Assembly: GCF_037042905.1 (NCBI RefSeq)
Contig: NC_087263.1
Span: forward strand, 10,664,001-10,728,000
Direction: 5' to 3'
Length of the DNA: 64,000 bases
Source of the DNA: Lytechinus pictus
Taxonomy: Eukaryota
Below are positions 38,106-53,100 of this stretch, in pieces (the first letter of the stretch is position 1; each line of letters starts with the position of its first letter). Made by a program: the position numbers and the translations under genes. The notes below the pieces were generated by a model that ran no database searches, was not told the origin of the DNA, and saw only the letters and a program-made list of their open reading frames with translations.

Positions 38106-41100
38106 CTATACATTCGGAGAGAGTATGACAGAGGATGGGGGGGGGGGGGGGTGAGAAGAGGGACGGGATGGAGGTAAAGAGGGTGAGGGGATACATAATT
38201 TTATTCATCTTCCAAAAATCCAGACTGATACCATAAGAAATATATTTTGCTGAAAATTAAAATTTACTTGAGAAGGAGACATGGCCAGTTATGAATCTGA
38301 GAAGGGCAATGAAGTTGACAAACAATACTTTTATTAAAAAAATTGTCAAGGCAAACTTGGAATTATGGATTGTATTGCATCGAATGAGGGAGTCATTTTC
38401 AAAGCCTGTCCAGAAGGAAAAAATAATGGAATTAGAGATGAATGAAATGCTGCCATCTTCAGATCAAAACAGGAAAGCCCATCATGCGCTCTTTCTATGT
38501 CAACTTTCCAATGTATTTGCCCCTTCAAACATGCCCTACTGCTCGATCTCAACCTTGATCGCTCCTCCCTCTCGTGGTAGGCACTATATATTTTTGTTGT
38601 TTACTTTTTTTCCCCAGCTTTTTTTATAGGGAATGGGCAAGACAACATCCCAATTAAAAAAAAACCCAGGGGAATTAATGCACAGCTACACGACTATAAA
38701 TAACCCTCTCCTTTTTTACCCTTTCTTATTTTCTTCCTTTACTTATTGCTCTTTTCCCTTTATACCTCGCTCCAACTCGATCCTTTTTACGAAAGATACG
38801 ATTGTCCTTCCGTTACAGATCGCGACAATTTTTGGACCATTAAAAAAGGTTCTACGATCAATACGACGTGCTACGACTGATCTGATACGATCTGACAAGA
38901 TCAATACGATTACTCCACGATTAAGTAGGCCTATGCTGTTTGAATCGTGGCGCAAATCATGGCAGTGCAGGGAACTAAATATAACCTAATAATCCAATAA
39001 TATATAATACGGGGTGTCACTACTTCCCATACACATGCCAAAGCTGCGCCATCCCAACCCTTCATCCTCCTCCTCCTTCTCTTCATGTCCTCCTCCTTCT
39101 CCTCTTCCTCCTAATGCCCTGCTCCTCCCCCTACTCATCCGGCTCCACTTTATATCATCCTCCCCCTCCTCCCTTTCATCTTTCTTCATACCTCTATCTT
39201 TCCCTTCAATCTTTGCTTCATTATATTTTCCTCATTCACCATCATCTTTACCATTTTTTTTACCTGACTTTTTCCTTCGCATCTTCAAAGCTATCCGCCA
39301 GGTAGTATATGGGCTGGAATTTACAAACAGGATACTCGGTGGCTGTTGACCTCTCAGGGTCAAAACTTCGAATCTCAGGCTCATCAGTCAAACAATACTG
39401 AAATAAAAAAAAATATAAGTTTATTAATGACAAAATGACGGGACCAATAGGCCTATATATAATTGTTTGTATTAGAAAAAAATATTATAGAATATTATGA
39501 ATGATTAAATTAATTAAATGCAAAAACATGAATTAATGAATTATAGATAAAAAAAAAAAATAAGTAAATTAATAAATAAATGAATAATCAAATAGATGAA
39601 TAACCATATCAATCAAATCAACCATTGATAGATAAAAGAATCTATTTTTTTCCAACAAGAACACAAATGATACAGAAATAAAATAGGCCTACCACCAATT
39701 CACCGAAAGATGATAATAGCCCCGCTCCGTAGGCTTTCACCTGTCCATTCTGTCTGCACAGCCCGAATTCAAGAGTAAACCAAAGCAGCTGATGTTTTTT
39801 AACATATGAATAAAAAAAATACATGCTATAATAATTTGAAAAGGCAAATTGATACGCTTTAAAGACAAGTCTAATTGGCATTGAAAAAGGCTGCCGATGA
39901 ATTGACTGTCCAATACTTAGCCTACAACATATAAAAAGAGAAAACACTGAAAGTATATGGGGGGGGGGCGTAACAACGGAAACCCCCACCCCCCTCCAGC
40001 ATGCTGGCAAAAATAAAACAAAAATGACGGCGGTGAATTAAGGGGGAAGGAAGAGACACGTTGTGGGGGGAAAAGTACGGTTACACTTCGTAATTCCGAA
40101 GGTTCTTTATTCCGAAGGTTCGTAATTCCGAAACACGTAAATTGCCTATATACCTCGATGTTCGTTAATCCGAAAACGTAAAAGGGTTCGTTAATCCGAA
40201 CATTTGTGGCGTTATTCCGAAGGTTCGTTATTCCGAAGGTTCGATAATCCGAAAACGAAATAAGGTTCGATGTTCAGAAGGCTCGTTATTCCGAAAACGA
40301 AATAAGGTTCGTTGTTCCGAAGGTTCGTTAGTCCGAAAACGAAATAAGGTTAGTTAATCATTTAGTTTTCGGACTAACGAACCTTCGGAATTACGAACCT
40401 CATTTCTTTTTCGGATTAACGAACCTTCGGAATAACAAACCTCATTTCGTTTTCGGACTAACGAACCTTCGGAATTACAAACCTTCGGAAATACGAACCT
40501 TTGGAATAACGAACCTTCGGAATATCCGGACCTTCGGACTAACGAAGCTTCGGAATTACGAATGTATGCGGAAAAGGTTAATAGTAAGCTAGCTAAAAAT
40601 TATCACTTTTAAACACAATACGTAAAATTGTCATCTAGATAAGTCAACAGGATATAAAGAACATAATGAATATAATATATGGTTTATAAAAAGAATCGTG
40701 AAAAACAGAAATTTCGTTAACAACACCCACCACTCCACCCACCCCCCCCCCCAAAAAAGAACCTACAACACACCCAACAGTACATACTTACATTGGAGAG
40801 CTTGTCAATTTGCTCATCTGAAGCACCAAGTGATAGTAAACCAATTTCCTGAAATTGGTTTTAAAAAGGAAAAGAAAACTTAAAATGCTTAACATGTTAT
40901 TTTCTCCTTCATCTATATTATCACAACTCTCCTCAATAGATCCTATACCCATCCTGCAAATCCGATGTACACTAGTCTTATTGCGTTTTGATAAAACAAT
41001 TATTTGGAAAAGAGGAGATAGCACGGTGAAATAAAATCGAAACATCATTTCTATGTATATACATACTACTTCCCATCCAATCATAAAATACACGCCTAAT

Positions 41101-44100
41101 ACTACGTCTATGAGGCTAAATGAGACGAACCCTTTACATAATAATTTCGGTTCAAGCACAGTAATCCGAAGGATTTTTTTTCTTATTTTTTCTCGAAAAT
41201 AAGGTTCGATATTCCGAAGGATCGTTATTTGGAAATGAATCAATGCTCTTCATTTAAAAGGTTTGACGATTCTAAGATGAACTAAGGTTTGTATAATCAT
41301 TTTTTTTTTTCGAACTAACGAATCTCGTTTATTTTCGGGACTATCGAGCCTTTGGACTAAAGAAGCTAATTTTACTGTAGAAATAATTGGCTTGTGACGA
41401 TCGTCTGCGTTCTCCGAAAAACGCATATTGATTATACCAGGAAAAACAACAACTCATCCTTTCAAGAAAAGTTAGCCCCCCCCCCAGCATGCCCAGTTTT
41501 CTCGAAATAGTGCGGCCACCCCCGCTCCTCCCTCGGTCCGCGAACGCAGACGATCGTCACAAGCCGAACTAACCTTTGGAATAAACTATCCAACTTTCTT
41601 TTCAGAATAAATTAACTTTCGGGATCGTGCCACAATATTTAGACAGCCGAACATTTTTTTCATATTCGGACATACAAAACATCTTGGTATAATCAATATG
41701 CGTGTTTCGGAAAACGAACCTTTGGAATAATGAACCTTCGCTATAATTAACATGATCCATATTATATCATGTAGAGTTAATAGTCAAGAACAAGAAGATA
41801 GCGAACCTGGGCAAATTGAGCAAACTCCGGATCAGCATAGAGTGGAACGTGTCCGAGTAGTTCATGGCAAACATCTCTGGAAATCAGATATAAAAATAAT
41901 AAAAAAATAGCAATCAAGTCAACTCTATATATCAAAATCAAAACCGAAATTAAAAAATTTAATAAATAAATGCCAGAGGAAATATCCTTTTTAATGTGAT
42001 ATATATTTGCTTTAAAAAAATATAGTCCGATTAAAGTTCATACCGCATTATTTCTACCTCTCATTTTTTTTAGATGGGCGTGAATGACACTCAACTATAA
42101 ACAGAAATGATGACGAAAAATGATGCCGAAGAGTATGGGTACTAAATAACAACCTTGGCGTACACCACTTATGGTCAAGAATAATTTACTTTGCGTTATT
42201 TCCTATCAGATACCACTACCATAATATCCCAGTTGGCACAAAACCTCTTTCATAACATTTTTCGAAAGTTTAGTCAGAATAGTTTCTCCCTCAATTGTAA
42301 ATCCTTTAATAACATTAGTATAACATTCTATTCTTCATGTAACATTTTTTAATGATTAGTCTCAGATTTATGTTTAAGTTTGCACGTTTATGTTTTTCAA
42401 ATGTAGTAAGGCTACCAAAAATATAAAACAGCAACATACATTTTAATAAAGTTTTAAAATATCATTGCTAAAAAAATTATTTCAGGAATATTCTATGATT
42501 TTTGTGAAAACTTGATTTTTCTTGCATTCAGGGGAGAGTTTCATAAAAGAACTTTTCAGACGTTTCATCCGACAATCCTATTTTATCCGACAGTTACCAT
42601 AGTAACAGTGCCTCTCAGCCAATCAGAATCTAGGAAAGATGTCAGATCTGGCAACTTGTCGGACAAAAATGTTGATGAAATACTCACCAGATATAATTCC
42701 CTAACCTTTAGCTATTATACATTGTCATGATTTTTTATAATGTTTTGTCCTGACTGGGGTGCAATGCTTACTCACGGCTCTGGGGTATACATAGGCCTTG
42801 CATGATGCCGCATATACTGGGTGCTGTGATGAACACGAAAGGCGAGTCCAGCAAAGTAGTCTCTGGCTGTCAGATGACCACCACCAGGTCGGAGAGTAAA
42901 CCCCGTTCTTTCTTTATGAACAGAGAGAGAGAGCGAGAGAGAGACAAGATGATAAAAAACTTTTTTTTTTCAAGAAAAAACAGTATACCCTGACTTGAAT
43001 TCAATTTATTTCCAATGGGGTGGGTGCCGGACATATTAATATTGTTGAAAATCATTCAAAGTAGATGACTTTGTAAAGTTTTGAATTTGTGACACCATAT
43101 GCTTATTGCAGACCTTAAACTCCGTCACCATGGTCACACCCGACCAGACTCATTCTTAACGACCATCTTTGGCGTGGGTGTTGATCACCATCACTTATTT
43201 GCTCGTTAACGTTTATTTCGTCTTATTTTTAGTTAAGCTATTTAAACTTTCAAACAATTGTTAAAACCTTTCAAACAACCAATTTATTTATAAGATTAAA
43301 CATTAGCTGGTAGAGCAAGTCTTAAAAAACATGAACAACGCATTTGACAGAGTTTGGTTGGTAATTTACTGATTTACTCACTTTTTTTTTTTTTTTTTCC
43401 TTGGACAATGTTGGAAAGTGTCCCAAGGCAAAGTTTTGATCTGCTGCTGCCTAGGTTAGTACCTCGGCTCCTAACAGGTTCCAAGGGACGGTTTGAAAGT
43501 GGGAGGGGGGCTGACCATGCAAAAAATCACAATCAGATGGTAATTTTTACGTTTTTGTAAACGGTTTTTGGAAAAAGTGGGGAGGGGGGGGGGGGCCTGA
43601 AGCCAACTCAGCCCCCTCCCCCGTTTCCGGAGGCGCATGCGGGGCTCTGCCTACCCATCCCGGGACTCCATCCCTCAACACCACTCACCTTTCAGGTAGT
43701 TCGATACATCTTCTAACTGGGGGACGCTGTCCGGTTGGTATATGGAGTTCTCGATGAGAAGAGAAAAATTATTGACGAATTCTTGGCAAGCACAATCCTT
43801 GTAGAGTTCACATAGCTTGGTGAAGACTTTCGTCCATGTCTCCTTCTCGGATGTGGTGTATGAAACTCTCGGTATACGATCACCACTGATACAGAAAACA
43901 AATAAAGGTATACAATATGTTATAAATCGATCACTTGGATTTGCTCCAGCTGGCCGTTACTATTTTGTTTTCTTCTAAATTAATGGGATGGGCATAAGCC
44001 CTCTTGACTGTATTTTCTTGGAGATCCTGGATGGAAAATTAAAGATAATTATATGAAATAATTACGAAACATGTTAAATATTCCAAAATACATGATAGAG

Positions 44101-47100
44101 TCAGAGGTACATAGATTCAGAATCTAAACAGCAAAATATATATTACGAATACATTTGTTTTTTTATATTTTTTTGCTTAGCCAGACGACATAATTCTATG
44201 TAAATACGTTTGACAAGGTCTTGCATATACGACTTTGCCTTTTCACATTTCAAATTACTTGCATAAAAAAACATATATCAACGATAAACGTCTCAGGCGG
44301 CGCCAAGGTAAATTAACCACAACTGGGATGGCAAGGTGACGTAATTGACTTAATTCTTTTCTCAGTGAACATTTTAGGGGTATGCCTTTATCATATATAG
44401 TTCTAAATAAATCTAAATCTAAATCTAAATACACCTACTTCTTTCTCCCTCTCCCTCTTTCTCTCTCTCCATCCCTCTCTTCCTTCTCTTCCCACTTTCT
44501 CATCATTTTCTTACAAGTTGGTCACTTTTGAAGGAATAAGGGGTCATCGCCCCCCCCCTTTTGTCTGGTCCAACCCCTTGACTAAGATTTCTTACTTACT
44601 GGCGGTACTCATAGGCCATGTCAGCGATCTCGTTTCTTCGTCGTCTATACACTGGATCGGAAAATCCCTTTATGAGACGAAGATATAAAAATAATGATGA
44701 TTTACCTGACATGAAATAAATTATGTTGAAAAAGCATGCTGTATATTATAAAGATGAAGCCCTAAATATATTCTGTCGAAAGAATAATTACTTAGGGGGC
44801 GGGGACCTACTTCAAACGTGAAAATATGTAAGGGCCGGAATTGCTAAATCCCCTGGCCCACAGGCTGCAGCGCATGGAAATACAAACCACTCCATTAATA
44901 ACTCAAATGTTTAAAAATATGAATACATGTGATTATAATTGATTAAAAATTCCTCGTGTTCAAGATTCTTTATACCCTTATGAAAATATTGACTATTTCG
45001 TGAAACAAGAATTAAACAGACTATACATTAAAGCTTGAAAGCACTATTTAATATACATTTGCAGTCGTTGTACGATTTTAATCAGTAGTTGTTTCATTAT
45101 TATTTTTTTACTTACTGGGTGATCCGACTGGAGATCTACTTCTGCATTCAAATTGTGATTTGTAATTTCATCTAACTCCTTCATCCTCCTGGGAAACCAA
45201 GGAACTTAAGGGAGAGAAAAAAAACATATCTTTGTTTTTACAAGCTGAAGTAGTACGTTAAACTATAGAAATCTAGTTTTCTAGTATAATGTTCTAGTCT
45301 TTTTAAGAAGTATCCTCAAATCTTATCATTGAAATTGCATGCCTAATGACAAGGCGAAGACCTTGCACATTTACGTTATACATATTGTTCTATTTTTATT
45401 ATCATTATAGTTAGCATCATTATATCATAACCATTATCATCATCATCATTGNNNNNNNNNNNNNNNNNNNNNNNNNNNNNNNNNNNNNNNNNNNNNNNNN
45501 NNNNNNNNNNNNNNNNNNNNNNNNNNNNNNNNNNNNNNNNNNNNNNNNNNNNNNNNNNNNNNNNNNNNNNNNNNNNNNNNNNNNNNNNNNNNNNNNNNNN
45601 NNNNNNNNNNNNNNNNNNNNNNNNNNNNNNNNNNNNNNNNNNNNNNNNNNNNNNNNNNNNNNNNNNNNNNNNNNNNNNNNNNNNNNNNNNNNNNNNNNNN
45701 NNNNNNNNNNNNNNNNNNNNNNNNNNNATCGCGATTCTTACAATTTATCGAAAGTTCATATAGATTCTTTAGATATTTCATCATACCTGTTGTTTTGTAG
45801 TCTTTACACCTTGGATCCACCTCTAGGGCCTGGTCCCGATAGCCCAAGTCTGTCATCTCACCAATGTTTGAGGATTGGCCATTCGTCACCGAGAGCTCAT
45901 CAAGATCTCCAGAGTCCTCATCTGCGCACCTAACCTAAAGGTCAGCATCAGTAGAAATTTGCATACATTTTAAAACGGTTAAAAATGCATTTGCTTCTTG
46001 AAATCGTGATCGGCATGCATGGCATTACGCAGCAGGGGGGGGGGGGGTAGTTGCCCCCATAAATATGGAAAACTTACTCCTTTTATTACTGAAAATTTTC
46101 ACCAAATATCACACAAAGTGAGCATGAAATTTTTCAATGACACTTTAGAGGGGAAAAAAGCGGCCCATGATGCGCTCGGTCGCTTTACTCCATCCCTCGC
46201 CTTCGATTTTTTTTTCACATGTTTTGCTCCCACATGAAAAAAAAATGCGTACGGCCAGTGGGACCGACGAAGCGGTATATAACAAGGGGCGCATATTTCG
46301 GAGTCACTTCAGAAGGTGATGCGCAAAAAGGCAAAGGATGAAAGGGGGGGGGGCACAGATGATTTAATATAAATGAAAGAAGAACAATCATCAAATTCCC
46401 ATCCATTTGAGGGGGAACTAAAGTTATAATAATCACTGCAATGACGCCAGAAGTTAAAAAAGGGCATGATTATTTCCTTTTCAAAATGTCGAAATGTTTG
46501 GCGATATCGGAGCCCCCCCCCCCCGCGCACTGCATAACACATCCATAATTCAAAACTAAGTTAAGCCATTTTGAGCTTTTGGCTTCTATCGATTAAAAAA
46601 AAACACGTCTCGGTGTACTGTTTCTTAACAAAATTGCACACTTTCACAACAGGATAGGGGCCTACCTGATCATGCTGATAGTAATTCATTGTGACAAAAA
46701 TTCGTGGCGATTTTATTTTTGTTTGATCGCTGTAGGAGGTGGGGGGGGGGGTCACTTTAACATAGGCTGCTGTACAAAAAAAAAAACAAGGGGGGGGGGG
46801 AGCTGACACCAATCCCCTTAACCTCTGAAATCACCGTCCATGATGCTTTTTCAAACTATCGATTTTACTTTGACGGCGGAAAACTGTTATAAAATAATGA
46901 GCAAAATATTTCTATTGATATCGATCGGTTGTTGCCGAATTATGTGAATTGTGCATGTACACGGACACTTCGAATATGATATAATAGAAAAATGCATGGC
47001 AATTTAAAGAAATTTTTGGAAAATATTATAATTCCAATTCTTGGTTAAGTAAATAAAATTGGTATTTTTAATGACATTGCATTATATTTCCCCCATTTTT

Positions 47101-50100
47101 CTTCCCCATTTCTACCAGTAATTCTACCTCTACCAACCATTTCTACCTGTTTGAATGTCTAATTTTTGTTGAGGAATTCAGATCACCATTAACAGTTCTC
47201 ATTTTTATATTTTATCATAATCATGTCGAGATATAATAATGTAATGCAGCTTTAAGGCTGGCAATCTTGATATTTCCTTTAAGATTTTATGGCTGCCAAA
47301 TTCTATAACAATGCCAACTGGTATTTTGAATTGCTATGTCTTAAGATGTTTTTTATCTAAACTTGTAGTGTCAGATGACCAAGCATATATCGTGCATATT
47401 GGAAATTGTTGTAGTGGAAATTGAAAGGCTAAAAGCACTTATATCTAATATCATCCCAATAAAACATCCATGATGCCCTATTCTCTATTATCCTTTCCAG
47501 ATCTCAATATATCACTTTGTGAGGCATTTTGAGTCTTATCTGACTTTATCAAGCTTATATTATCTCAATATCTCATCTTAGCTTACCTTACCATAATTTA
47601 TTTTATATATCTTATCTTACAAAGTTGTATCTTATCTCATCTCATCGCATCGTATCTATTCTTGTCTTATCTTATCGTATCTAATCTTATCTCATATTAT
47701 CGTATGTATGTTCACTAAAACGATCGCCATTTTCTGCAACAGTAATATGAATTTGAAGTACAATATTAAGATTAATTTTAGTTAAAATTATTGTTTAAAC
47801 TATGATAATGACATTATTTGGGGCTAACCTCGATTGGCATCTTGCTATTATGTTAGCTCCAATTACCAAATGTTTTGTTTATATGTGATGTACTATTACA
47901 GGTAATTGTACCTGACAGTGATATTTGGTAATAAATTCAATTCAATTCAATTCAATCCAATTCAATATTGTGTTATGTTAGATTATCTTATCTTATCATA
48001 TTTGATATCATGTTTTCTTATCTGATCTTACACGATTTATATTACTTTATAATACTATATATTATGTTTTGATAGAAATGGAATAAGGAATGGAATTGAT
48101 CCATACCATATTATCTTACCAATCTTGTCTTAGGCTATGTTATGTTATCTTATCTCATCTATTAACTTATCCTATTTTGTTTCATTATTAACCTTGTATC
48201 CTATGTCATTTTCTCCATTTCTTATCTTGTATAGGGTGCGTTTATCCGCCACTTTTTTACCCTATAATCATGATTCGAATCATGATTCAAATCATGATTC
48301 TGCAGAATCACGATTGCGTTTAGTCGAAATTGAATATAATCATGATTAGAATCACAAACATGAACTACGAAAAAAGGGGCGTTTGGAAAGACGTTTCTGC
48401 AGAATCACGTACGAAAATGTTCGAATAAACGATATCGTGATTTGAATCATGATTATATGACCTCACTGTGTCGGGCTACGGCTTTCGGTTTGACTCTTGC
48501 CAAGCTCAAGGCTCTCTATGTGCTCATTGTATGTACATGATTACTCTGCATGCATTTCTTGTCATGTTCAAATTCTGTGTTGGTCTTCGCATCGTCCACT
48601 ACTTTTCATTTTTTGGTCATGTCTTCAACTTCAAGTTCTAGTAAATGAATTAACTGGACAGACAATGATCTCAGTTGTTGTTGAGTATAGAGTGTCAATA
48701 TTAAATTGGATCTACGCTGAAATTCACTTCCGAACACCATTTTGGATTAACTAACAAGATGAATAGAAGCATATGGACCCTATATGATAGAAGTAAACTT
48801 AGGTTGAATTCTGGAAGCAAAATATTTTTCGAGAGCCGAAACACGTGCGAAAAACTTCCTCTGTCAAACTGCGCACTAGTGATGCGCACTGGATTGGCCC
48901 GAATCTGAGGAGAAACAGCTTTGGAATGAAGGTCGTCTAAACGCTGATTCTGTGATATCGTGATTCATGTTTGTGTTTTGAATCATGATTCAAATCATGA
49001 TTCAAATCATGATTCTGGCTTGAGGTCGCATAAACGCAGCCTTATACATATGTCACCTCAACTTTTATACCAGTCTTATCTTGGGTTGTGATCTGTTATC
49101 TTATCTCATCTGTTAACTTATCCTATCTTGTTTCATAATTATCTGTGTCTTATGTAATGTTTTCCCTTTCTTATCTTACATATTCTTATACTTTAACCTA
49201 ACCGAATCTCATATGGAAGCCAGGTAAATATGGCAGAGGTAAAAATGGCAGAGGTAATAATGGCAGAGGTAAAAATGGCAGAGGTGAAAATGGCAGAGGT
49301 AAAAATGGCAGAAGTAAAAATGGCAGAGATAATAATGGCAGAGGTAAAAATGGCAGAGGTAAAAATGGCAGAGGTATAAATGGCAGAGGTAATAATGGCA
49401 GAGGTAGAAATGGCAGAGGTAAAAACGGCAGAGGTAAAAAGAGCAGAGGCATAAATGACAAGAAATGGAAGATGTGATAAAAGTGGCCGAGGTACACTAT
49501 TAGAAAAAACAGTAGATTCTACAGAAGAAAAATTTAAAAACAGGTTTTACAGAAAAAAAAATAATTTTGTAAATTATAATAACAGGAGGATTTTCCACAA
49601 TTTTTCTACAATTTTACAGAACCAATGTTTAAAAAAGGGGAAAACAGTTTTGTAAGGGTACACGCACAAAATACCAATATTCTGTAATTTTACACAAATG
49701 CATGTAAGATTACACAGTGCAGTAAGATTACAGGTGTTCTCCAGACTCTGTTGCAGGAATTTTTGATTTTTAAGTATAAATTTTCTCACAGTGTAAACAA
49801 ATGGCGGAGTTGAAAATGGCAAAGGTAAAGATGGCAGAGGCAAAAATGAAAGAGATATGGGGTGCTGGTTTGTTAAAAAGCCGAGAAAAAAAAGTTTTTA
49901 CTCCAAAATGAAAGGGGATTTGGTTAAGGGGGAAAATGACACAAATTTTTTTTTCAACTAAATGAAGTTCTTTTAGGTCAGAAAAAGAATTACAACAAAA
50001 ATAATAAACAATTAGATAATAAACAATGTTTTTTCTTCTGTTTGAAAAATAACAGAGATTTGTATCAAATCTCTACATTTTAGCATATATACCAAGCTAA

Positions 50101-53100
50101 TTACCAAGAGGGTGCTGCTTATGGTGTACAAAATCCCCAACAACACTTCCGCTTCCAAGGCTTATGACCATCAAGGCGTTTATAATTATCATATTGGATG
50201 CAGTGGTAAAGGTTCAGGGTCTTCTTTTATGCAAAGAATCTGAACCAGACGGCCCCCCCCCGATCGACCCCAAATTGGTTTACCAGTCAAAACAAGATTA
50301 TTATTGATTATAATAATCAGTTACATATTCAGTGCCAAGCCTGGGAACGCATGCCTATTGTCATTCAAATATTTAGAAAGAATAGTAGACGACTTACAAA
50401 TTAGGACATGATATTAAACCACAATCATTCGTGACAATTTCAACGTCTAAGCTTTCCCCGCTATGTTCTCTATGTTTTTCCCCGCCCCTAACCCTCTCTG
50501 TCTCTCCACCTCTCTTATGTCTACTCTTCCTCCTTTTTGCATCGGTAAACCTGGCAAAACTTTAGATATAGAAAAAAACAGCCAGACAAAAAGGAATTTA
50601 TAAAATGATGAATGAGAATAGTGCAGTTTCATTTTGCTCCTGATAAATTGAATGAAAAAATATCTGTCGTTTGATTTCTTATTAAAAAGCGTTCACGGCA
50701 CACCTCCAACGAATTCGTAAATAGCATTGTTAGGTCGATGAAGACATAATGATGATGAAATGCCTAACCGTGACATGCACTTCTTATTTAATGTATGTAC
50801 ATGCAGGGGCTTTTTGAAAATTCATTGAATGGGGGTTTAACCCTATCTAGGCCGGGGGGGGGGGGGGGGGGGGGCTCGGAGGCCCCCCCCTCAACGATTC
50901 GCGCATTTTTTTCGCCGCGCGGAATTTTATGACCGCGCTGCTCGCTGACTTTTTTACTTTCAAGTCTTGCGCAACTTTTGAGACCAATTTTGCGTCACCC
51001 GGGTACGTGGTTCCGGAATTACGCAACATTATGTAAGTGTATGTCAGACCAAAAATTGCTCAAAAACGTGATTTTGTGTACAAAGTAAATGCAAATTGTG
51101 TTTTCAACCAAAAATCATAAATGTATGATTATTTTTAGTTTTGCTGGTCTAAATGTATTTATTTTATGCTTTTTATTATCTCAGATTAGTCCCCAACAGA
51201 TTTCATTGAAAAACAATGAAAAACAAAAGGTCAAAAAACAAAGAAATACATAAGAAATTGCAAAAAAAACCAATATAATATATAAGAAACTGATTTGATA
51301 TAGCAATTTTGTTAATGTACACTTGCTAAGAACACCACAAAGAGTTTCTTTACCAAAAATTAGAACATTTGGAGCTTTATTTAGGGAGTTAGAGGAAAAA
51401 GTACGATTTCGCATACTAATTACGCATAAATGAGCATAATCACATAATAGCAATTCGCATGAAATAAATTACTATACAATTTTGTAGATTATGTCCCAGA
51501 CAACCCGCGTGTCAATTTTCGGCGCAATCGCGCGGTCGACGGCCGAGATCTCAAGGGGGGGGGGGGGGCTGGTAGGCCCCCCGGCCATATGAACTCCCAA
51601 AATACCCCGGCCTAGATAGGGTTAAGACTGGTCATATTTTACCTAGAGCTGTCATTTTTACCTCTACCATTATAACCCCTGCCATTTTTATCTCTGCCAT
51701 TATTACCTCTTCCATTTTTACCTCTGCCATTATTACCTCTACCATTATAACCCCTGCCACTTTATCTCTGCCATTATTACCTCTTCCATTTTTACCTCTG
51801 CCATTTTTACCTCTGCCATTATTACCTCTGCCATTTTTACCTCTGCCATTTTTTCCTCTGCCATTTTTACCTCTGCCATTATTACCTCTGCCACTTTTAC
51901 ACCGAGCCCTCATATGTAACCCCAACTTTAATGCCAATCTTATCTTAGATTGTGTTATGTCATCTTATCTCATCTGTTAACTTATCCTATCTTGTTTCAT
52001 AATTATCATAGTGTCTTATGTAATTTTCCCCTTCCTTATCTCACATATTCCTATACTTTAACCTAACCGAATCTCATCTTATCTTATCTTAGGTTTTGTT
52101 ATGTTATCTTATCTCATCCGTTAACTTATGATATCTTGTTTCATAATTATCATAGTGTCTCATGATTTCCCCCTTTCTCATCTTACATATTCTTGTACTT
52201 TAGCCTAACCAAATCTCATATGTTACGCCACCTTTTATACCAATCTTATCTTGGGCTATGTTATGTTATCTTATCTCATCTATTAACTTATCCTATTTTG
52301 TTTCGTAATTATCCTTGTGTTTTATGTAATTTTTTTTCCATTTTTTAATCTTACATATTCTTATACATATTTCACCTCACCTTTTTATACCAATCTTTTT
52401 TTAGATCGTGTTATGTTATATGTTCTCATCCGCCAACTTATGCTATCTTGTTTCAAAATTATCAGTGTCTTATGTAATTTATCCCTTTCTTATCTTACAT
52501 ATTCTTATACTTTAGCCTATTATTAACCGAATCTCATGTTACGCCACCTTTTATACCAATCTTATCTTAGGTTGTGTTATGTTATCTTATCTCATCTGTT
52601 AACTTACCTTATCTTGTTTCATAATTATCAATGTCTTATGTAATTTTTCCTTTTCTTATCTTACATATTCTTATACTTTAGCCTATTATTAACCAAATCT
52701 CATATGTTACCTCACCTTTTTATGCTAATCTTATCTTAGGTTGTGGTATGTTATTTTATCTCATCCGTTAACTTATTCTATCTTGTTCTATAATTATCAG
52801 TGTCTCATATCATTTTTTCCTTTACCTTACATATTCTTATACTTTAGCCTAACCAAATCACATATGTTACCTCACTTTTAACAATCTTATCTTAGGTTGT
52901 GTTATGTTATCTTATATCATCTGTTAACTTATGCTATCTTGTTTCATAATTTATCATAGTCTTAGCCTAAACAAATGTCATATGTTACTCACCTTTAACA
53001 ATCTTATCTTAGGTTGTGTTATGTTATCTTATATCATCTGTTAACTTATCCTATCTTGTTTCATAATTATCAATGTCTTATGCAATTTATCCTTTCTTAT

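Noticed and set aside
37989-45204. Calling the second gene tyrosine or tryptophan hydroxylase
   Set aside because: It has H264, W326 and V379 (TH has Q and D at 264 and 379; TPH has F at 326) and shares derived motifs with the adjacent PAH, so it is a PAH duplicate
49198-51937. LPFLP and GRGKN repeat ORFs
   Set aside because: Translations of the 15-bp arrays of the foldback element
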